From assembly GCA_963703955.1 (NCBI GenBank), contig CAVPGK010000017.1:96001-160000 (forward strand): 64,000 nt of DNA. The letters are read 5' to 3'. The notes under the pieces were generated by a model. The model did not search any database, was not told the DNA's origin, and saw nothing but the letters and a program-made list of their open reading frames with translations. Each line of letters opens with the position of its first letter. Position 1 is the stretch's first letter. Below are positions 43,030-52,691 of this stretch, one piece after another. Origin of the DNA: Nitrospirota bacterium. Its GTDB lineage: Bacteria; Nitrospirota; Nitrospiria; Nitrospirales; Nitrospiraceae. Made by a program: the position numbers and the translations under genes.

Positions 43030-43720
43030 ATGAGAGGGCGTGCCGCCTCCGTCGTGTGTGTCGGTGTAGCGGCGTGGTCCATGTTGCTCGTCGTTCCCTT
43101 GTCCGCCAAGACAAAACCCGCAGCCGAACGCGCAGAGAAGCCTTCGCTGGAAGTCGAAGAAAAGGCCCAGGAGGCGGCTGACCGAACGGACCGAGCGTCG
43201 GACAAGGCCGTGCGGATGTTGGATCGTGTCATCATTAAGGTACGGCCCAAACCCGGCGAGACCAAGGCCACCGTCCCCGACACATGGCTGACCGCCAAAA
43301 CCAAACTGGCTCTGGTTGCCGACGAGCGAATCACGGGCCGTCAGATGACCGTCGAGACACAGAATGGGGTCATTACGCTCGGCGGGACGGTGGATTCCGA
43401 CGAGGCCAAGACTGCGGCCGAGGAGGCTGCGAAGAGCGTCGAAGGGTGGAAGGATGTCGAGAACAACTTGCGCGTCACCACGCCTTCGCAGGAGAGCGTC
43501 TGACGAAAAAGACAGCGCCATCACACAGAGAGTGAATGCCGCTCTAAGGAAAGACGCAAAATTAAAGAAAGCGGAGATCGCCGTTCGAACGGAGGATGGT
43601 GTTGTCACCCTGACCGGAGCTTCGCCCGATCTCCTCACGAGCGCACACGCTGCTTGGACCGCCTGGAACGCCAAGGGTGTCCGCGTCGTGAAAAATGAGC
43701 TGACGATGAAGAGCAAGTGA
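43030..43720 (+). pseudogene. OsmY-like double-BON protein split by a frameshift near 43500
   Basis: BON1 (DTWLTAKTK...VENNL) ends at TGA 43503; BON2 (DSAITQRV...VVKNEL) continues in another frame without its own start. Confidence 0.75.
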
Positions 43721-43785
43721 TCGGGGACGAGTTGAAGGACCACTGACTGTCGCCGCGCTGCCAGGCGACGAGAAGCCCCGCCTAT

Positions 43786-44826
43786 TTATGGAAGGGTCGT
43801 GGTCAGTTCTTCCTTCCGGCCATCCCTCAACACCACGATCGTAATCTTGTCGCCCGGCCGAAGTTCGGTCAGCCGGTCCCTGATAACAGGATAACTACCC
43901 CCTTCCTCGATCATAGGAACGCCTTGCACTTCGAGAACCACGTCTCCCCCGACGATCAACGGCTCGCCTTCGATGAGGGCCGCCATCGTTCCTGCTCGAA
44001 GCCCGATCCTGGCCGCGGGCGAATTGGCCGCCACGCGCTGAACCAATAATCCGGCTTTTTGCGGAACGTTGAACACTCGGGCGAGATCACCGGACAGCAG
44101 AAAGCCCTCGACCCCGCTCCAAAATGGATGTCGCTCAAGCAGGAGCCGCCGCGCCAGGTTGGACGTGACCACGAACCCCAAGCCCTCAAAGCCGCCTGAT
44201 TTCGAAATGATGTGGTTGACGATGCCGATGACCTCGCCTGCCATGTTGAACATGGGACCTCCGGAATTTCCCTGGTTGATCGCCGCGTCGGTCTGAAAGA
44301 ATTCCGAGCGGGAGAGGCCGCCATGGAGGGTGGGAGGCGAGCGCCGTGCGCTGACATGGCCGACGGTCAAGGTATGACCCATCCCAACGGGCGCGCCGAC
44401 AATGAAGACCGGGTCGCCGACCTCGGCGGCGTCCGAATCGCCGAGCTTCGCCACGACTACTTTTGGAGGAACCTTCTCCAGTTGGAGAAGCGCTACGTCC
44501 GCGGACGGGTCAGAGGAAAGCACCTTGGCCGGGATGACCTCTCCACTCTCAAACTCCACTCGGATCGCATCGGCCGTCTGGACTACGTGCGACGCGGTCA
44601 TAACCTTGCCGTCCGCCGAAATGATTACCCCTGAACCGAGTCCCGGGAGGCTGGCAAGCTGCATCTTGGGGCCAGTCACCACGTGTTCATGTTCCGTGCG
44701 GATCACGACGACCGAAGGGTCTACCCTTTTGAAGATCTTGCTCAGCGTTTCCGCTTCAGCGTGGGTCCAAGGCCATGTCAACAGAGGAATCGCCAACAGT
44801 GTGATGAGTCGTGTTCGCATACTCAC
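43786..44826 (-). CDS. HtrA-type serine protease with one PDZ domain
   Basis: Signal peptide, TASHV, DVAL, GNSGG, PDZ. Confidence 0.93.
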   Translation of the reverse strand: MSMRTRLITLLAIPLLTWPWTHAEAETLSKIFKRVDPSVVVIRTEHEHVVTGPKMQLASLPGLGSGVIISADGKVMTASHVVQTADAIRVEFESGEVIPAKVLSSDPSADVALLQLEKVPPKVVVAKLGDSDAAEVGDPVFIVGAPVGMGHTLTVGHVSARRSPPTLHGGLSRSEFFQTDAAINQGNSGGPMFNMAGEVIGIVNHIISKSGGFEGLGFVVTSNLARRLLLERHPFWSGVEGFLLSGDLARVFNVPQKAGLLVQRVAANSPAARIGLRAGTMAALIEGEPLIVGGDVVLEVQGVPMIEEGGSYPVIRDRLTELRPGDKITIVVLRDGRKEELTTTLP

Positions 44827-44999
44827 CTCCCGTGGAAGAAGTCCGATGGGTCGATGGATGGTTTCCGAACGGTCAAGGCACTACTCTACCCAGAGTCCCA
44901 TTGGTTTCACAAGATGGGCGGATCGGTTGACTCTCGAGAACGAATGGGGACAAGCTGGGCGTGATAGAATCGGACGCTCCATCGATTACCTACTCTTCG

Positions 45000-46031
45000 A
45001 TGAGTGATAAACAGCGGCACGCGAGACCCGTACCGACCGCAGCCATCACAGGACAGCACTCCAAGCTGCTCGGCCTTTCGGTAGCTTTTCACACGCCGTT
45101 TTTGATCGTCGCCCTAAGCATCCTCTCCATGTTCTTCGCCCTCTCGAAACCGGCCGTCTACGACGCGCAGGCTGAGACCAAAAGTGGTCCCGACATGGAC
45201 CAGGAGACGAGCCCCCAGGACATCAAGGCCGGGCAGCAGTATGGGAGTGGGACACGGGTGCGCGCACCGACGCTGGGCGCCTCGTTCGTCATCCCCAAGG
45301 ATTGGTTGGGCGGGATGCCTCCGGGCTCGCAAGCATTCTTGTTGGGATCCAACACCAAGGCCGGCCTCGGCCTCGCGGTCATGTTTCACGCGGTGACGCC
45401 TCAGGAGCTCGCGGTCCAGTTGAACGAACCACAAGCGCTAGAGGAAGGATTCGTGCTACACCCGGTCGGATCGGCCAAGCGCGTAGGGGATCGCATGACC
45501 GCATCGTATCACGCCGGCGAGCACATCGGACGCGCCGTCGCGGTGTTGGGACCTGAACAGAACGCTATTGTCTACCTTTTCACGGGCCCCAAAGACCAGG
45601 GTACCTATTACGATGCACTGATCGAGGAGATCGCCGCCTCAACACGGTTCACTAAGGTCGACACGGCCGATGTCTTGAACCGGTGGCGGGAGCGTCTGAC
45701 CGGTATGACGCTGAAACGGTTGGAGCAATATTCCAGCGGTGTCGGCGGCGGCTACAACATGTCAACCGTCTGGCACCTTTGTCGGGATGGCCGCTTCACG
45801 TACACCCATTCCTCCCACATAACCATTCAAGTGCCGGGGGGAGGCACGTCCAACGCGGACCAGGATCATCGCCAAGGAACATGGCGCGTCGAGGTCAAGG
45901 GCGCGGACGCCTTGCTGGTCCTCACTGAGGACAACGGAGCGGTGAGATCTCATACCCTTGCGTACGACGGCGAGAAAACCTTTCTGGATAAAGAACGCGT
46001 GTTTCGTGTTGAGAGTGAGGGATGCCCGTGA
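45000..46031 (+). CDS. Exported or membrane-anchored hypothetical protein
   Basis: Hydrophobic N-terminal segment, beta-rich C-terminus; overlaps the next gene; start uncertain. Confidence 0.7.
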   Translation: MSDKQRHARPVPTAAITGQHSKLLGLSVAFHTPFLIVALSILSMFFALSKPAVYDAQAETKSGPDMDQETSPQDIKAGQQYGSGTRVRAPTLGASFVIPKDWLGGMPPGSQAFLLGSNTKAGLGLAVMFHAVTPQELAVQLNEPQALEEGFVLHPVGSAKRVGDRMTASYHAGEHIGRAVAVLGPEQNAIVYLFTGPKDQGTYYDALIEEIAASTRFTKVDTADVLNRWRERLTGMTLKRLEQYSSGVGGGYNMSTVWHLCRDGRFTYTHSSHITIQVPGGGTSNADQDHRQGTWRVEVKGADALLVLTEDNGAVRSHTLAYDGEKTFLDKERVFRVESEGCP

Positions 46032-47407
46032 TGACTATTACACACGTGAACCGTAGAGACTTTCTCGTGCGTACCGGACTGGCGCTCGGCGCCGGCGCGC
46101 TCACCGCCAACGCTCCGCTGGCCCGAGTGCTCGCTGATTTTACGAAGCCGGCTCAGCTGGACAGTTGGGAAGCCGTGCGCGATCAGTTCCCGTTGTCACG
46201 AGAGGTCATCCATATGGCCGGCTTCTTTCTCGCCTCTCATCCGACACCGGTGCGAGAGGCGATCGAGGCACATCGGCGCAGATTGGATGAGAATCCTATC
46301 GGATACTGGATTGGCCACGGCGAGGAACTGGAGGGAACGGTCCTGCGCGCTGCCGCGGACTACCTGGGTGTGACCTCGACCGATATCGCCCTGACCGACA
46401 GCACCACCATGGGCCTCGGCCTGCTCTACGGAGGGTTGGCCCTTCGGGAGGGCCAGGAAGTCCTCACCACGATTCACGACCACTATTCGACGGATATGTC
46501 GCTTCGCCTGAGGGCTCAACATACCGGCGCGTCGATCCGGCAGATCCCGCTGTACCGCAAGCTGGATACCGTGTCTCGCGAGGAAATTGTGGACTCCCTG
46601 ATGAAGGAGTTGCGCCCACGGACCCGTGTGGTGGCGATCACATGGGTTCACTCCAGCACCGGGCTCAAGCTGCCCATCCGTCAGATAGCCGATGCGATGG
46701 CGAAGATCAACGCCGACCGGCCCGACACCGAGCGGGCACTCCTCTGCGTCGATGGGGTCCACGGACTCGGCGTAGAAGATATTGGACTGAAAGACCTTGG
46801 CTGCGACTTCTTCATTGCCGGCACGCATAAATGGATGTTCGGCCCCAGAGGCACGGGTCTGGTCTGGGGCCATCCCCGGGCCTGGCCTGCCGCGAACGCC
46901 ACTATCCCCACCTTCAATCATGAAGCCTACCGTGTCTGGATGAAGGACACGCCGGAGGCATCTTCTTCACCCGATCGCCCAAGGGACGCCGAGATGCGCT
47001 CTCTTCCCATGGACGTTCCCTATGGAGCGATCATGACTCCGGGAGGTTTCCACTCCTTCGAGCATCGATGGGCGCTGAATGAGGCCTTTCGATTCCATCT
47101 GGCCATCGGCAAGACTCGCGTGACCGAGCGGATTCATACGCTCAACGATCAGCTCAAGGACGGCCTGGCGAAGATGGCGCACGTCAAACTGCATACCCCG
47201 CGCTCGCGCGATCTGTCCGCCGGGATTGTCTGTTTTGAAGTGAACGGTTGGAAACCCGAGAAGGTCGTCGAACGCCTTCGCCAACGCCGGATCATGGCCA
47301 GCGTCGCACCCTACGCCACGCAATACGTGCGCCTCGCGCCGAGCCTTCTCACTTCACCCGAGGAGGTCGAGAGGACGCTGCAAGAGACTCGGAGTCTCAG
47401 CGGATAG
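46022..47407 (+). CDS. Tat-exported class V PLP enzyme (PvdN/isopenicillin N epimerase-like)
   Basis: NRRDFL, DSTTMGL, WVHSSTGLKLP, DGVHG, GTHKWMFGPRGTG, TPGGFHSFEHRWA. Confidence 0.9.
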   Translation: MPVMTITHVNRRDFLVRTGLALGAGALTANAPLARVLADFTKPAQLDSWEAVRDQFPLSREVIHMAGFFLASHPTPVREAIEAHRRRLDENPIGYWIGHGEELEGTVLRAAADYLGVTSTDIALTDSTTMGLGLLYGGLALREGQEVLTTIHDHYSTDMSLRLRAQHTGASIRQIPLYRKLDTVSREEIVDSLMKELRPRTRVVAITWVHSSTGLKLPIRQIADAMAKINADRPDTERALLCVDGVHGLGVEDIGLKDLGCDFFIAGTHKWMFGPRGTGLVWGHPRAWPAANATIPTFNHEAYRVWMKDTPEASSSPDRPRDAEMRSLPMDVPYGAIMTPGGFHSFEHRWALNEAFRFHLAIGKTRVTERIHTLNDQLKDGLAKMAHVKLHTPRSRDLSAGIVCFEVNGWKPEKVVERLRQRRIMASVAPYATQYVRLAPSLLTSPEEVERTLQETRSLSG

Positions 47408-47461
47408 ACGTCGGGGGCGCCAGAAGAACTATGCGAACCTGCTGATCCGCTTCGGCTGCCG

Positions 47462-48214
47462 TCAGTCGACGTCCGCATCAGGCTCCACAAGGGTCGCGCC
47501 TGCGGTGTGACCGGGTTCGTCAAACACCTCCCGATAGATCCCTTCCCAGAACCTGTACCAGGCGTCGGCGGTCTCTCGGGCTCCGGACGCGATGGAAGCG
47601 AGTTCCTGCGACTCCTTGGCCGTCTTGCGCACTGCCTCCAGGATCCAGTCGCTATGGCATTGTTCTTCCTGTACGTGTGACTCGAAGAAGACGAGATCGT
47701 TGGGTGTGAGTTCAGGATATTGCCGCAGGCCCGGATACAGATACAGGAACTCCGAAGCCGCGGTCGTCTCCACGGCCAACTCAGCCCCCAAGGCAACCAG
47801 ATAGTTGGATTCCATGAAAAGGTGGCGAAGAACATTGAGGTAGCCCGTCACTTCGGCAATCGGTTCCGTCTGGCTCAGGTTAGATTCGCTGAGGCCCAGC
47901 GCTTTGCCGAACCGTTCCAGTTGCCTCACGTGCGCGTGCTCGATCGAGCCTGAACCGAGCTCCGAATGAAGGGTCTTGATCAACTCGACCCGCATCTCGA
48001 CTTCATCGATCGGCGTGGCATAGAGCAGCCCTTCCAGGACCTTCACGAAGTGCTTACAGAAGTAGTGGTATTGCCGGAAGAAGGCTTGCAACTGCGCCCG
48101 ACTCAATCGCTCTGACTTGAACCGCCGGAAAAACGGATGGTCATTCACCGGGTGATGGATGAGGTCTTCCCTTATCCTATTCAAGGACGACGGGTCGATT
48201 TGCGTCACTTGCAT
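47462..48214 (-). CDS. Heme-oxygenase-like diiron protein (CADD/TenA/PqqC superfamily)
   Basis: HPFF, QYHYF..HF, ELG......H, AVE, FFESHVQEEQCH; RBS GGAGG. Confidence 0.85.
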   Translation of the reverse strand: MQVTQIDPSSLNRIREDLIHHPVNDHPFFRRFKSERLSRAQLQAFFRQYHYFCKHFVKVLEGLLYATPIDEVEMRVELIKTLHSELGSGSIEHAHVRQLERFGKALGLSESNLSQTEPIAEVTGYLNVLRHLFMESNYLVALGAELAVETTAASEFLYLYPGLRQYPELTPNDLVFFESHVQEEQCHSDWILEAVRKTAKESQELASIASGARETADAWYRFWEGIYREVFDEPGHTAGATLVEPDADVD

Positions 48215-48570
48215 CCTGTCTCCTCCCTGAATGAACGATGAGGCGGTGCAACGGAATTTGAACATGCCTCAGTTCGTCAAAGCAAGACGTTGCCTGGGAG
48301 TGGTAGTTTGCTGACCCGACCCGACCGATGACGGAGCCTGTTCTCAGGACACCGACGATCGTCCAGTTCGGTAAATGTGGAGAGTGTGAGAAATCGCACC
48401 GTGCACTTGTGTGATTTCGCACGTTTTGGCTGACCTTTTAATTGAGTGCCTGCATTGCATTTTTCCAACCCGTTGTAAAAACGAGCATCATCATCAATTC
48501 AGTTAGTCCATGTCATCGTGCATCCAGGAGGGACAGATCTTGCGTATAGTTCAATGGTGGAGGTTTCATT

Positions 48571-48630
48571 ATGGAATTCTTCTTGGTTGCCTGCGCCGTC
48601 GGTCTCTGGACGTTGCTGACGAAGATTTGA
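48571..48630 (+). CDS. Putative 19-aa hydrophobic peptide
   Basis: GGAGG-N7-ATG; MEFFLVACAVGLWTLLTKI. Confidence 0.4.
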   Translation: MEFFLVACAVGLWTLLTKI

Positions 48631-49015
48631 CGGAAAACCCTTTCAGCCTGTCTGCCGGCTCGCTGTACCTTATGAGATGACCTCCGTGCAGTTTTCTGAT
48701 GTCCCCGATCACTTGGCAGCATCTGATCCTCGACAGTAGGGGACCCGCAAGACGCACCTGACTCACCGTTGGTTGGCCATACGCCCGCTCTTGCACCTCC
48801 GTTAGCGCCCACGGAAGCGTCAGGGCTCAGTTCCGGCGAACGATGGTTCGCGACGTTAGCGGGCAAACAGTCAGGCGAGGTGTGCATCGAAGCACCCTGA
48901 GGTGGGAAGCTGCAACGCTCAGGACACGATGTGGCCTAATGAGGCGCTTAAACGCTTGGTGCGGACCATAACAGCCGATGAGATTCTGGCCGGTGCGCTT
49001 TAGAAGGTGACGAAC

Positions 49016-49132
49016 ATGCAGAAGGTGAATGACCAGCTAACCAGAGTCCTGATTGTCAGCGGCGACCAGATGATCTGTGCAGGGATACGAATGATCCTCG
49101 AGATCCAGACGGCCCGGATTACGAACTGGTGA
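49016..49132 (+). pseudogene. Truncated NarL-type receiver N-terminus
   Basis: TRVLIVSGDQMICAGIRMILE, then a stop after 38 aa. Confidence 0.5.
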
Positions 49133-49243
49133 CTTATCAGCGGAGAGTAGGAACCAGAAACTCACGCCGTTTGCCAGTCACATCCCACCCGGACGTCCTT
49201 TCCGATGGGAACCGAGCGTGGCAAACCTGTGGTCCTACCGACA

Positions 49244-49897
49244 CTAAGGATTTGTCGTGAGGCGTTTCCTGTGTGGCTGCAACTCGGCGAGAGTGCTCTG
49301 GGCTTCGGGAATGAGATCAGCGCGGCCTTCGCGCTGTGCGATATTGAGAGCCTCATCCGCGAGGATGAAGGCTTCTTTACGGTTGCCTCGGGCCGCATAG
49401 GCTTTGGCCAATGAGATGCGGGCATTGATGGCTTTCGTCGGGTCCCGTTGAATCACCCGCCGCAACATATACTCGCCCTCTTCCTCGTCCCCACCCAACA
49501 GCGCCGGCAACCTGATCAAAAAGGTTCCCTTCGAGGAGAGCGCGTCCAGGTGATCCGGGTTCAATTCGAGAGTTCGATCCAATTCCTTCAACGCGCGCCG
49601 AAATCCGAATACCGAGGTAAACGTCTCCCCATCGATGCGGAGCTGTTCACCAAGGCTACAAAAGAGAGCGAAATGGGCGTCGGCGAGTTGGTCGTTGAGC
49701 GCGATGGCCTGTTCAGCGAGGGATTGGCTTCTCTTAAAATGCGCAAGTCGACCGGCGCGCTCCCCGGGGCGTCGCCCGGCATCGCATTCAAGCTGGGCTT
49801 TCGCGCTCAACTCCTCGGCGGATTCCCGAGCCGACGCGGTCACAGAATCAGCGCCAAGAAGAATTACCGCCGCGACGAGAGCCCACCATTTCGCCAT
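49244..49897 (-). CDS. Exported TPR-like protein
   Basis: Signal peptide; helical repeats ADAHFALF, LELNPDHLDAL, ARISLAKAY. Confidence 0.8.
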   Translation of the reverse strand: MAKWWALVAAVILLGADSVTASARESAEELSAKAQLECDAGRRPGERAGRLAHFKRSQSLAEQAIALNDQLADAHFALFCSLGEQLRIDGETFTSVFGFRRALKELDRTLELNPDHLDALSSKGTFLIRLPALLGGDEEEGEYMLRRVIQRDPTKAINARISLAKAYAARGNRKEAFILADEALNIAQREGRADLIPEAQSTLAELQPHRKRLTTNP

Positions 49898-49940
49898 CTG
49901 CTCATGCCTCCCTTATGCAGTTCAAAGGAACGGAGTGAAC

Positions 49941-49956
49941 TGCAAAACAGATGCCA
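49941..49956 (-). promoter_or_regulatory. Sigma54 (-24/-12) promoter
   Basis: Minus strand TGGCATCTGTTTTGCA = GG-N10-GC, upstream of the 49897 start. Confidence 0.7.
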
Positions 49957-50390
49957 TAGAGATGACCATCTAACAACTTTGGAGAAGTACCTGGAAAACA
50001 GAGGGTTGTAGGAACTCGCTCCATCGAAGGTCAGTCAATTCAGTGTGGGGAAGATGAAACGGCGAGGACAATATGCGCCACGCTTCCCAGATTGTCAAGT
50101 GAGAATCAGGAGTGGGTGATGTAACGTTCTCTGTGCAAAAGGCATGAGAGTGTCAGCTAGGTCGCTGTCGAGGCAAACCCATGCTCCAACAAAGGAGGTT
50201 TCAACACTTCATGACCGAAGTCCGCCGCCGGGTGTCAGCCTCCTGACGTGGAGATGGGTCTTGTTTGGCAGCAACCCAGCCGACACGCTTCATCTCCTAC
50301 GCAGAGGAGAGAAGACTACATCACCATAAGGCGTCCTTTGACACACCCCGAGGCGATGTCTACAATCTTTTCACCATGAGAAGAGCTAGC

Positions 50391-50699
50391 ATGCGACATA
50401 CGTTAAGGCTGGTTCTTGCCGTCGTCCTGCTCGCTGGGTGTGGCGGGAACCCCTATCTGGACGCCTCGTTGAAGCCGGCGGAACTTGAAGGCAAGGACAA
50501 GGCCTGGTTTGAAAACAACTGGGGGCCGCCTAGCGGAAAGTCACCGCGATTCTTTGGTGGTGAGACCTGGACCTATTTTCGGATCGCCGGCGGCGAATCT
50601 GGGCCGTTGTTGTTCAATTTCGCGCCGAACCAGTGCCAGATCACACTAAAGTTCGATAAAGGAGAAAAGCTCAGCTCATACAAGTATTCCGGGTGCTAG
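50391..50699 (+). CDS. Small lipoprotein (BamE/SmpA-like pattern)
   Basis: LLAGC lipobox, WGPP..ETWTY..LKFD; promoter TTGACA-N17-TACAAT at 50338-50366. Confidence 0.8.
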   Translation: MRHTLRLVLAVVLLAGCGGNPYLDASLKPAELEGKDKAWFENNWGPPSGKSPRFFGGETWTYFRIAGGESGPLLFNFAPNQCQITLKFDKGEKLSSYKYSGC

Positions 50700-50722
50700 C
50701 CGGTACAGATACTTCTCGCAGG

Positions 50723-50971
50723 TCACCCAGGCTGTGACAATTGCTTTTGGAAAGCCTCAGCGCAACCCGCGCTGCAGAAATAGTAGGTCTGCCCCCCGAT
50801 TCTCGCCGGTACAGCCGACCCCTTCGGCACATAGGTGCGGCACACAGGGTCTTGGATCATGTGGTGATTGTCAGGTAATTGATCCGGTGTGCCACGCAAT
50901 TCCCGGATCGCCCTTCGCACCAAGAAGTACAGGACGACGAACACAACGATGACGATGATGAGTCTCCACAT
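50723..50971 (-). CDS. YHS/TRASH domain membrane protein
   Basis: N-terminal TM; QDPVC...YYFCSAGCAEAF. Confidence 0.88.
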   Translation of the reverse strand: MWRLIIVIVVFVVLYFLVRRAIRELRGTPDQLPDNHHMIQDPVCRTYVPKGSAVPARIGGQTYYFCSAGCAEAFQKQLSQPG

Positions 50972-51205
50972 CTGACCCCGCCCTCCACTCCATCAAGAGT
51001 AACTCCGCCTGACGGTAAACGCTCCTGCCAACGTATGAAAAGAAAAGAGGTTTCGCATCTGACGACCGATGGTCTCGCCAGCCTGGGACCGTGGTCAAGG
51101 GGGCCTAAGGCCTCACGTCTCGTCGACGGCAGAGGGCCCTTTGCACTTGTGGGGAGGGACTTTAGACCGATAGCTCTCCCTCGTTACGGATGTTATGGTG
51201 GGGGC

Positions 51206-51358
51206 ATGCAAACCTGTGACAAATGCCAAGGCACCATGTTGTTGGAGCGTGCAGTAGACCTGAACGCAGGTCTCGTGATCACCGTTCTGGCCTGTCTCAA
51301 TTGTGGCAGGCGCAAAGCGGTGGAGACCGAACCTCGACCGTTGACCGCCCGCTGCTGA
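51206..51358 (+). CDS. 50-aa zinc-ribbon protein
   Basis: MQTCDKCQGTM...ACLNCGRR; same pattern as 17909..18073. Confidence 0.7.
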   Translation: MQTCDKCQGTMLLERAVDLNAGLVITVLACLNCGRRKAVETEPRPLTARC

Positions 51359-51875
51359 TGACGGCCTCGCAACTAGGCCCCGCTGTCCGACAGAAGCCAT
51401 AGATGCTATTCTACCATTCTGTCGACCACTAATGATAAGACCTCATGAAGTCTAGGGTCATGAAAATAATCGAATCCCCGCTGACCATCCCACGGCATTG
51501 TCCCAATCGCTACAGGGTCATCTACTCCAGCTAATTGATCGATCGGTGCTTGTTACAGATTCGTCTCCTTGACTGCGATAGTCAGGCGGCAGCGCGATTT
51601 TCTTGAGATCGATTCGGCGGAGGCTACCAGGACACCTGGGGGTGGTGCTGGTCGTCATGATATAACTCATGACCTCGTTCCATTCCGGTCCTTTCGCTTG
51701 CACTCGACTAGCATTGACTACGGAAGGCAGAAGGCCGGGGCATTGCCACGATGGATCATAGCCTGATCGCGGTCGTGCTCACTTACACGGTCCAGACGTA
51801 TGGGAAAAAGGTTTGTAACAGGCCGGGGCCATCATCGTCATCCGAGTGTAGCTCATGCTTGCCAACAAGACCCAA

Positions 51876-52679
51876 TCATTTCAGGCCTAGGACGTCCAAC
51901 ATATCGTACAGACCTGCTGGCTGTTTGACCACCCATCGCGCGGCCCGCAGCGCGCCGCGCGCAAAGGTGTCCCGACTTTGGACACGATGGGTAACTTCGA
52001 CCCGCTCACCCATCCCTCCGAAGAGGACGGTGTGGTCTCCCACGATATCGCCCGCTCGAATGGTCTGAATTCCAATCTCGCCGGGCTTGCGTTCCCCGAT
52101 GAGACCCTTCCGGGTATAGACGCCGACCTGATCCAAATCCCGGCTCACCGCTTTGGCAAGAATCTCGGCCATTTTTAGGGCTGTTCCGCTCGGAGCATCC
52201 TTCTTCAGACGGTGGTGAGCTTCGATCACTTCGATGTCATAATCTTCTCCGAACGTCTTGGCCATCTCGGCGATCAATTTGTAAATGACATTGACACCTA
52301 CGCTCATATTCGGGGAAAACACGCACGGAATCTGCCGAGCTAACGCGCGCAGCTCGCCGAGATCTTGAGCCGACAATCCTGTCGTCCCGATCACCATGGC
52401 CCGGCGGTGCTGGGTCGCGGTTCGCAAGTGCTCCAGGGTCGCCATCGGTGATGAGAAGTCAATTGTGACCTCACCGTGTCCCACGACGGCAGAAAAATCA
52501 TCTCCGATGGGTACCCCCATCGGACCGCAACCTGCGACTTCGCCGGCGTCCTCGCCGATCGAGACATGGCCTTTCCGCTCAATCGCTCCTGCAAGGCTAA
52601 GGGCGGCCGAATCCTTCAGCAGGGAGATAAGCCGTCCGCCCATCCGCCCAGCTGCACCGTTGACGATCACTTTGATCAT
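51876..52679 (-). CDS. dapB: 4-hydroxy-tetrahydrodipicolinate reductase
   Basis: GAAGRMG, GTTG, EAHHRLKKDAPSGTA. Confidence 0.98.
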   Translation of the reverse strand: MIKVIVNGAAGRMGGRLISLLKDSAALSLAGAIERKGHVSIGEDAGEVAGCGPMGVPIGDDFSAVVGHGEVTIDFSSPMATLEHLRTATQHRRAMVIGTTGLSAQDLGELRALARQIPCVFSPNMSVGVNVIYKLIAEMAKTFGEDYDIEVIEAHHRLKKDAPSGTALKMAEILAKAVSRDLDQVGVYTRKGLIGERKPGEIGIQTIRAGDIVGDHTVLFGGMGERVEVTHRVQSRDTFARGALRAARWVVKQPAGLYDMLDVLGLK

Positions 52680-52691
52680 TGAGGAGTCCCG

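Noticed and set aside
51425..51450. Fur-box-like TAATGATAAG
   Set aside because: Only a half-site matches and there is no clear downstream target.
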